From contig CACBMH010000003.1 in assembly GCA_902539825.1 (NCBI GenBank), positions 2,592 to 66,591 of the forward strand: DNA of 64,000 nucleotides. Direction: 5' to 3'. The notes beneath the pieces were generated by a model. The model was not told where the DNA came from and made no database searches. It saw only the letters and a list, made by a program, of their open reading frames with translations. Shown here piece after piece: positions 55,315-64,000 of the stretch; within the stretch, counting starts at the first letter, position 1, and the number at the start of each line of letters is the position of its first letter. The translations under genes were made by a program, and so were the position numbers. The DNA is from an uncultured Alphaproteobacteria bacterium (lineage in GTDB: Bacteria; Pseudomonadota; Alphaproteobacteria; HIMB59; GCA-002718135).

Positions 55315-56792
55315 TAAAGATAGCGATTAGTAATATATTCTTTGAAATATTTAGCATTTAAAGGCGACTTTGTAACCTGTTCTAAAACCTCATTAGTTGA
55401 AAAAAAACTAGCTTTTTCATGAATATTTTTTTTAAGCCAATTTACTAAATTTGAAAATTCACCATTTTCTATTTCCTGATCTAATTCCTTTTGATCAGTT
55501 CTCAATTGAGAAGCAAATTGAGCGGCAGTGAGTGCTCCTAATGAATATGTTGGAAAGTATCCAAATAATCCAGCAAACCAATGAATATCTTGTAAACATC
55601 CATCAGTGTCTTTATTTATCGATAAATTAAATAATTTTTTAAATTCATCATTCCAAGCATCTGGAATGTCTGCAATATTTATTTCATTGTTAAAAATTTT
55701 TCTTTCTAAATTAAATCTTAATATAATATGCAAGGGATAGGTTACTTCATCCGACTCAACTCTTATAAAAGATTTATTTACTCGAGTACCTAATTTGTAA
55801 AGATTGTCTGGATTTGTAGCTTTGTCTTTAATATTAAATTTTTTATTTAAAGTATTAGATAAAAATTTTTTAAAAGCTAAAGATCTAGTGATTTGCATTT
55901 CAATTAATAGTGATTGACTTTCATGCATGGCCATCCCTCTAGATTTACCTGCTGGCTGATGCATCCAATCTTTTGGTAGGTTTAACTCATATAATGCATG
56001 TCCAGTTTCATGCATAACACCATCTAAAGATGAAAATGGATTTTCATTATTATATCTAGTTGTAATTCTAACATCATTTGTAGATCCTCCACAAAAAGGG
56101 TGAACACTTTTATCAAGTCTTCCTCTTGTAAAATCAAAACCTATTTGTTTCATTATATATTCAGAAATATTTTTCTGCTTTTCTTCATCAATACTTGTTT
56201 CAAATTGAAATGTTTCTTCTTTTTTTTGCTTATCAATAATTTTATCAATAAGTGGTGTAAGAAATTTTTGTAAATCACCAAATACTTCAGATATTTTATT
56301 TTCTTCTGAAGAAGGTTCAAATTTATTTATTAGTGCTTCATAAGGAGAGACTTTAAAAGTTTCCCCTAGAATATTTGCTTCTTCTTTTGTTAAATTTATA
56401 AGTTCTTCTAAATCGTTTTTTACTAAATTAAAATCTGACTTTTCCCTAGCCTCTTGCCAAACACCTTCACATTTAGCTGAAGATTTTGAAATTTTTTCTA
56501 CAAGCTCCGTTGGAATAGCAGAAGCTAATTTATATTCTCTATCCATTTCATTTAAGTTTTTCTGATCACTGTTATTTAGATTAAGATTCTTTGAGTCTTC
56601 AATTAAATCACCAACTTCAGAAGATGAAATTTTACTATGACTAAGTTTTGATAAATAGGCTAATTGATCTGATCTTTGATCTCTCGAGCTACTCGGCATC
56701 ATTGTTGCCATATCCCAGTGTAAAATACCTGCAATATCTGATGTCAGTGAAGCTTCATTAAAGATCTCTTTAAGTTTTAAATATGTTTTCAT
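55314..56792 (-). CDS. M32 carboxypeptidase (Taq-type)
   Basis: It has HETGHALYE (HExxH), HESQS and IRVESDEVTYPLH motifs and is 492 aa. Confidence 0.9.
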   Translation of the reverse strand: MKTYLKLKEIFNEASLTSDIAGILHWDMATMMPSSSRDQRSDQLAYLSKLSHSKISSSEVGDLIEDSKNLNLNNSDQKNLNEMDREYKLASAIPTELVEKISKSSAKCEGVWQEAREKSDFNLVKNDLEELINLTKEEANILGETFKVSPYEALINKFEPSSEENKISEVFGDLQKFLTPLIDKIIDKQKKEETFQFETSIDEEKQKNISEYIMKQIGFDFTRGRLDKSVHPFCGGSTNDVRITTRYNNENPFSSLDGVMHETGHALYELNLPKDWMHQPAGKSRGMAMHESQSLLIEMQITRSLAFKKFLSNTLNKKFNIKDKATNPDNLYKLGTRVNKSFIRVESDEVTYPLHIILRFNLERKIFNNEINIADIPDAWNDEFKKLFNLSINKDTDGCLQDIHWFAGLFGYFPTYSLGALTAAQFASQLRTDQKELDQEIENGEFSNLVNWLKKNIHEKASFFSTNEVLEQVTKSPLNAKYFKEYITNRYL

Positions 56793-57478
56793 TTTTTCTT
56801 CCTAAATAAATAAATTATAAAAATAATCAAAAAAGAAAAACTCATCAAAAACCATGTAATTGCATACTGCAAATGATTATTTGAAAAATTATGATTTTGA
56901 GATGATGGTAATAAGAAATTCTCTGCATAATTGCTCATATTTTTAATAAAAAATTTCTGATTGATCTTAACATTTAAGAAAGTTTGAATTTGCTCCAAAT
57001 CATAATAATACCATTCATTTGAAGAGATAGAATTCTCGGGAGTAAACATCTTTTTTTGAGTTGGATATCTGATGTATCCTAGAATTTCAGCATAAATTAT
57101 TTCATTATTATCTTTAAAATAATCATATCTACTTTGCTCAAACCAACCTTCATCGATTAAATAATTATTACCATGATTATCTGACAGTAAGCTAGCTATT
57201 CTAACACCAGAAATCCCATTCAATGTTTTAGCAGGGAAAAAAATTTTTTTACTTCTGTCAACAGTTCCTAAAGTGATAACTTTAGTAAACTCATCAATGT
57301 TTGGATACTTCATTTTTCCCATTGAAAGTGAAAGTGGTTTTTGATCCTTTAGTTCATTAAATTCTGCTATAATTTTTTCTTTCCATTCTAGTCTTTGTAA
57401 TTGCCAAGTTCCTAAAAATATTGTCAGCGCAATACAAAATAAACTAAATAAAAAAAATTTTATTGGAAAGTTTTTAAT
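56789..57478 (-). CDS. SURF1-family cytochrome oxidase assembly protein, probable non-canonical (ATT) start
   Basis: The ORF track starts at ATG 57322. The same frame stays open up to the coxC stop and encodes the hallmark N-terminal TM helix plus GTWQLQRLEWK. A C-terminal TM helix is also present. Confidence 0.7.
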   Translation of the reverse strand: MKNFPIKFFLFSLFCIALTIFLGTWQLQRLEWKEKIIAEFNELKDQKPLSLSMGKMKYPNIDEFTKVITLGTVDRSKKIFFPAKTLNGISGVRIASLLSDNHGNNYLIDEGWFEQSRYDYFKDNNEIIYAEILGYIRYPTQKKMFTPENSISSNEWYYYDLEQIQTFLNVKINQKFFIKNMSNYAENFLLPSSQNHNFSNNHLQYAITWFLMSFSFLIIFIIYLFRKKK

Positions 57479-58324
57479 TTATGCACCCCAAACATAAACG
57501 CAGACAAACAAGAACAGCCAAACCACATCAACAAAGTGCCAGTACCATGCCGCAGCTTCTAAACCAAAATGCCTATCTGGAGTAAAATGATTTTTATAAA
57601 CACGATACAAACAAACAGCTAAGAATGCCGTTCCAACCATTACATGGAATCCATGAAAACCAGTAGCCATGTAAAATACTGACGGGTATATTCCATCAGT
57701 AAAACTAAAATAATGATGAGCTGCCTCGTAATATTCTACACCCTGCATAAATGAGAAGAAAATTCCGAGACCGACAGTACACCATAACGCCTGAATGGCT
57801 TGATCTCTATGACCTTCTCTAACAGCATGGTGAGCCCATGTACAAGTAGTACCTGACATTAACAATATTAATGTATTTAAAAAAGGAACATCAAGCGGAT
57901 CAAAAGTTTTAATACCCTCTGGTGGCCAAATTCCAACAGCGCCATTGCTGTCAAAAGTTTCTGAGAATTCCTCTATAGGTAATTTAGGTGTTAAACTTGC
58001 ATCAAAGAAAGCCCAAAAGAAAGCAACAAAGAACATTACTTCTGATGCAATAAAAAGTGCCATTCCATATCTTAATCCAAGTTCTACAACAGGTGTGTGA
58101 ACTTTTTGAAAAGTTGATTCTTTAATTACATCTCTCCACCAAAGGAACATAATAGTCAACAAACCGATAGTTCCAAGAATTAAAAGCCAAGAGGTTCCAT
58201 AATGCATATAAAATACAAGACCAGCAGCCATTGCAAGACCAGCTATTGATGATAAGAATGGAAGAGGGCTTGGATCAACTAGATGATATGGATGTTTCTG
58301 CCCTGTTGTTGATTTATTAGCCAT
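57479..58324 (-). CDS. ctaE: cytochrome c oxidase subunit III
   Basis: It has HPYHLV, 7 TM helices and the WYWHFVDVVW motif. Confidence 0.95.
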   Translation of the reverse strand: MANKSTTGQKHPYHLVDPSPLPFLSSIAGLAMAAGLVFYMHYGTSWLLILGTIGLLTIMFLWWRDVIKESTFQKVHTPVVELGLRYGMALFIASEVMFFVAFFWAFFDASLTPKLPIEEFSETFDSNGAVGIWPPEGIKTFDPLDVPFLNTLILLMSGTTCTWAHHAVREGHRDQAIQALWCTVGLGIFFSFMQGVEYYEAAHHYFSFTDGIYPSVFYMATGFHGFHVMVGTAFLAVCLYRVYKNHFTPDRHFGLEAAAWYWHFVDVVWLFLFVCVYVWGA

Positions 58325-58327
58325 TGA

Positions 58328-58843
58328 TTATTCTATATATTTAAAAAAGGTATATGACAACGTTATCTCTTCAACATCTTTCATTGTTGGATCTTCGTTA
58401 ATTGAAGGGTCTATATAAAACACAACAGGCATTTCAACTGTTTCTCCAGGTTTCAAAGCCTGCTTTTCGAAACAGAAACACTGTGTTTTAATAAAATAAG
58501 GTCCGACCTTTTCTGGTAGAACATTAAATGTCGCAGTTCCGATTGTTTCTACGTCAGATTGATTAGTAGCTTTATAATTAACAATTTTATTTTCACCGAC
58601 TTTAAATTTAATATTTTCTGGTGCAGTAAAAGTCCAATTTATACTATCATTAACATCAGCATTAAATTTAAGATTAATATCTCTTTCTAAAATTGATGAT
58701 GAAAGGAACTCAGATGTACTTGTCTTACCACCATAACCAGTAACTCGACAAAATAAGTCATATAAGGGTACCGAAAAAGCAACTAAAGTTATCATTGTTA
58801 AAACAATTAATGATAATCCTAAAGCTGTTCTAGTATTTGTCAT
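58328..58843 (-). CDS. ctaG: cytochrome c oxidase assembly protein CtaG/Cox11
   Basis: It has an N-terminal TM helix, the CFCF copper motif (QCFCFEKQ) and LSYTFF. Confidence 0.9.
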   Translation of the reverse strand: MTNTRTALGLSLIVLTMITLVAFSVPLYDLFCRVTGYGGKTSTSEFLSSSILERDINLKFNADVNDSINWTFTAPENIKFKVGENKIVNYKATNQSDVETIGTATFNVLPEKVGPYFIKTQCFCFEKQALKPGETVEMPVVFYIDPSINEDPTMKDVEEITLSYTFFKYIE

Positions 58844-58950
58844 TATACTCCAAAAATATTAGCCTTAAATAGAGTCCACAAATAAAAAAATGCAACAATA
58901 CAAAGTAGAATAATTAAAGTGATAATATTTTTTCTTCTTCTATTTTTCAT
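58843..58950 (-). CDS. unlisted 35-aa single-TM ORF between ctaB and ctaG (CoxF-like position)
   Basis: It encodes MKNRRRKNIITLIILLCIVAFFYLWTLFKANIFGV. Its ATG overlaps the ctaB TGA (ATGA) and its TAA overlaps the ctaG ATG (TAATG). Confidence 0.6.
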   Translation of the reverse strand: MKNRRRKNIITLIILLCIVAFFYLWTLFKANIFGV

Positions 58951-59867
58951 CTTAGCACCACATGGTCAATCAACAATGCTGAAAATAAACTGAATAAATA
59001 AAGAATTGAGATAGCAAAAAATTTTAACCCTTCAGAATTTGGAATTGATTTTTTTTCTTTAGATTTTTTTAACTTTAGCGAACTATTAAATAATAATAAA
59101 TTTAATATAGTAACAATAGTTAAGTATATTATTCCAACTTTACTATCTAAGTATGGAAGATAACTCGATAAAATTAATATTACAGCATAATAAACAATCT
59201 GTTTTTTTGTATCATCAATACTACTTACGTTTGGTAACATAGGCACATTAGCATTTTTATAATCATTATATCTATATACTGATAAGGCCCAAAAATGAGG
59301 AGGGGTCCAAAAAAATATAATTATAAATAAACTAATTGGTAAGAAATTTAATTCAGGAACAACTGCAGTCCATCCAATAATTGGAGGAATTGCTCCTGCT
59401 GCTCCTCCAATAACTATATTTAAAGAAGTTGTTCGTTTAAGCCAAAATGTATAGATAAATATATAAAAAAGAATTGTAAAAAGAAGTAAACTTGTTGCTA
59501 ATGAATTTGAGAACCATTGCATCAAAATTAGAGAGATAGTCCCTGTTAATATCCCTACAACTAGTGCCTCATTTTTTGAAACTATTCCAAGTGGAATTGG
59601 TCTTAGTTTTGTTCTTTCCATAGTTTTATCAATGTCTTCATCAAACCACATATTAATTGATGCTGAAGAGCCAGCTCCTAAAGCAATAGCAACAATTACT
59701 AGAAAACTGTTTAGAAATGTTATCTGCCCTGGTGCCAAAAACATTCCAACAAATGCTGTAAAGATAACCAATGACATAACTCTTGGTTTCATTAGTTCGT
59801 AATAACCTTTGAATTTTCTTAAAAGAAAATTATTGCTATAACCAGCTTCTAAGGATTTGGTATCCAC
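58947..59867 (-). CDS. ctaB: protoheme IX farnesyltransferase (heme O synthase)
   Basis: It is a UbiA-fold polytopic protein with NMWFDEDIDKTMERT and a PPHFW motif. Confidence 0.9.
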   Translation of the reverse strand: MDTKSLEAGYSNNFLLRKFKGYYELMKPRVMSLVIFTAFVGMFLAPGQITFLNSFLVIVAIALGAGSSASINMWFDEDIDKTMERTKLRPIPLGIVSKNEALVVGILTGTISLILMQWFSNSLATSLLLFTILFYIFIYTFWLKRTTSLNIVIGGAAGAIPPIIGWTAVVPELNFLPISLFIIIFFWTPPHFWALSVYRYNDYKNANVPMLPNVSSIDDTKKQIVYYAVILILSSYLPYLDSKVGIIYLTIVTILNLLLFNSSLKLKKSKEKKSIPNSEGLKFFAISILYLFSLFSALLIDHVVLR

Positions 59868-59872
59868 TAAAC

Positions 59873-62282
<2,410 letters not shown>

Positions 62283-62380
62283 CTTAATTAGTTATTGTAT
62301 ACACTAATAAATAAATTATTCAGTAAATTAACCAGTGATTTAGAGGCAAAATTCTAGGACAGGTTGTCGCTCATTATGAT

Positions 62381-63112
62381 TTATTCAATGACCGATTGAA
62401 TAGAAAAAATTGCAGCTGTTGTTGCAGTGTCTGAGCGTAAAATTCTTTTTCCTAGAGATACAGATATACATGAAGACATAGAAGAGATGGTTTTTCGTTC
62501 CTTTTCAGAAAAACCACCTTCAGGTCCAATAATGACAGACCATTTTTTGTATTTTTTTGTTTCATTAATTAAAGCATTGTAAATAGTTGGTAAATTTTCA
62601 TTTCCTTCATCACAAAAAACTAAACCTCTATCAGATGGAAAATTGTTAACTAAATCATCTAGTTTAATTGTTTTATCTAAAGTTGGAATAGACAATCTCT
62701 CAGATTGTTCTGACGCTTCAATCATATTTAATTCAAAATTTTTAAAATTTATTTTTGATTGATTTGTATATTCTGTCAAAATTGGAATAAATCTAGAGAT
62801 GCCAAGCTCGGTAGCTTTTTGAATAGTAATATTCATTCTATAAGATTTAATTGGAGCAAATATTAACCATAAATCAGTTTCCTGAGGAATATCTCTCAAT
62901 TTATTTTGTATTTGTAAAACAATATTGTCTCTATTGATTGAGATTACTTTAGATAACCATTCACCTGTAAAACCATCAAACAAATTAATGCTATCTTCTT
63001 TTTTGATTCTAAGAACATTTTTTAAAAAGTGATGCTGCTTATTTTTTATATAAATTAAAATATTGGCTGATAATTTTTTTGAGACAAATAATCGTGTTTT
63101 AGACATTTTCAT
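62381..63112 (-). CDS. rsmE: 16S rRNA (uracil1498-N3)-methyltransferase
   Basis: It has a PUA-like N-terminus, GPEGGFS and LGKRILR(S/T)DTA motifs. Confidence 0.85.
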   Translation of the reverse strand: MKMSKTRLFVSKKLSANILIYIKNKQHHFLKNVLRIKKEDSINLFDGFTGEWLSKVISINRDNIVLQIQNKLRDIPQETDLWLIFAPIKSYRMNITIQKATELGISRFIPILTEYTNQSKINFKNFELNMIEASEQSERLSIPTLDKTIKLDDLVNNFPSDRGLVFCDEGNENLPTIYNALINETKKYKKWSVIIGPEGGFSEKERKTISSMSSCISVSLGKRILRSDTATTAAIFSIQSVIE

Positions 63113-63147
63113 TACAATAGTTTAGAATTATAACATTATATTCATAT

Positions 63148-64000
63148 ATGTGGGATAACTTAGTTGTAAAAAAAGTATTTGATTACTCCGAGTTAATCAG
63201 ACTTAACAAACCTATTGGCTTCCTTCTATTAATGTGGCCTTGCTGGTTTGGTTTAGCGTTACTAAAGATAGAAACTTCCAAATTATTATTATGGTATTTA
63301 CTTTTTTTAATTGGTTCTTTTTTAATGAGAAGTGCAGGTTGTATAATTAATGACATCATTGATATTGATTTTGATCAAAAAGTTACACGTACTAAATTTA
63401 GACCTTTAGCATCAAAAAAGATTTCTATAACTGAAGCAATATTATTATTAATAATATTATTGGTAATTAGTTTTTTCATTCTTCTCGAGTTTAATTCTAA
63501 ATCAATTGTATTAGGTTTGTTAAGTGTGCCATTTGTTATTTTATATCCTTTTATGAAAAGAATAACTTTCTTCCCACAATTATTACTTGGAATTATTTTT
63601 AGTTGGGGTGTGCTAATTGTTTCAGTCCAATTTAATACACGAATTACATTTGATTTTCTTTTATTGTATTTTGTATGTATTTTTTGGACGTTAGCATATG
63701 ATACGATTTATGCCTACCAAGATAGGTCAGATGATGTTTTAAATAAAATCAAATCTACTGCAGTTTATTTTGATAAAAATGGTAAAAGATTTGTTCAAAC
63801 ATGCTATCTTGTTATCTTAATTATATTGTCTTATTTCGTATGGAATTCCTCAAATTTTTTACTTAGTTCAATTATTATAGCCACTATCGCAATTTGTACG
63901 TATATAGCAATTCAGAAATGGGATATAACATCTCCGTTAAGTTCAAATTATTATTTCAGACAAAATAATATTTTTGCAATTATGTTATTTTTACTTTTAC
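63148..64000 (+). CDS. ubiA: 4-hydroxybenzoate polyprenyltransferase, 3'-truncated by the window edge
   Basis: It is not in the ORF track because no stop falls in the window. It starts at ATG 63148 (MWDNLVV...LIRLNKPIG) and has Asp-rich motifs NDIIDIDFD and YAYQDRSDD. Confidence 0.85.
   Translation, partial: MWDNLVVKKVFDYSELIRLNKPIGFLLLMWPCWFGLALLKIETSKLLLWYLLFLIGSFLMRSAGCIINDIIDIDFDQKVTRTKFRPLASKKISITEAILLLIILLVISFFILLEFNSKSIVLGLLSVPFVILYPFMKRITFFPQLLLGIIFSWGVLIVSVQFNTRITFDFLLLYFVCIFWTLAYDTIYAYQDRSDDVLNKIKSTAVYFDKNGKRFVQTCYLVILIILSYFVWNSSNFLLSSIIIATIAICTYIAIQKWDITSPLSSNYYFRQNNIFAIMLFLLL

Noticed and set aside
62283-62380. A GC-richer patch (GGACAGGTTGTCGCTC) between rsmE and coxB, considered as a possible RNA element.
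   Set aside because: Only a 4-bp stem can be drawn and there is no recognisable motif. It is most likely promoter or 5' UTR sequence for the cox operon.

Overview
The window is about 30% GC and very gene-dense: roughly 68 coding genes, intergenic gaps mostly under 60 nt, and many overlapping stop/start codons. I found no rRNA, tRNA, CRISPR array, IS element, integrase or phage gene. Gene content and order point to a streamlined marine alphaproteobacterium, probably SAR11/Pelagibacterales-like: the F0 operon is atpI-a-c-b'-b, the oxidase cluster is coxB-coxA-ctaB-small ORF-ctaG-coxC-SURF1, and mutY is followed by DUF721, dsbA and smc. This taxonomic call is inference, not a database hit.

Layout:
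- 1-9.9 kb: an eight-gene purine biosynthesis cluster (purK, purC, purD, purF, purN, purM, a PurS-like::PurL fusion, purQ).
- 9.9-20 kb: housekeeping genes (mutY, DUF721/DciA-like, DsbA-like, a short SMC, the F0 ATP synthase operon, ispH, thrB, rnhA, YceI).
- 20-43.6 kb: an accessory-looking catabolic island with no recognisable regulator. It holds xylB, an EamA exporter, a rhamnose-type non-phosphorylative sugar-acid module, a second lactonase/IlvD-type dehydratase/ACC-deaminase-fold module, a sugar-type ABC importer, and an unusual operon. That operon combines two paralogous membrane desaturase-like di-iron proteins, a sterol-desaturase-family hydroxylase, a Rieske ferredoxin, an FAD ferredoxin reductase and a PanB-like enzyme.
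- 43.6-52.7 kb: redox genes (Prx5-type peroxiredoxin, DsbD), an ammonium transporter, and miscellaneous genes.
- 52.7-62.3 kb: a long, tightly coupled aa3 cytochrome oxidase/SURF1/M32 peptidase/thrC/M16 peptidase gene string.
- 62.4-64 kb: rsmE, then ubiA cut by the window edge.

Most notable findings:
- Two tandem glutamine-riboswitch (glnA RNA motif) aptamers sit in the amt leader.
- The Rieske-ferredoxin-coupled membrane di-iron oxygenase plus PanB-like operon is functionally unassigned.
- purL carries a PurS-like N-terminal extension.
- An unlisted 35-codon membrane ORF is wedged between ctaB and ctaG.
- The conserved N-terminus of SURF1 lies upstream of any ATG, GTG or TTG.
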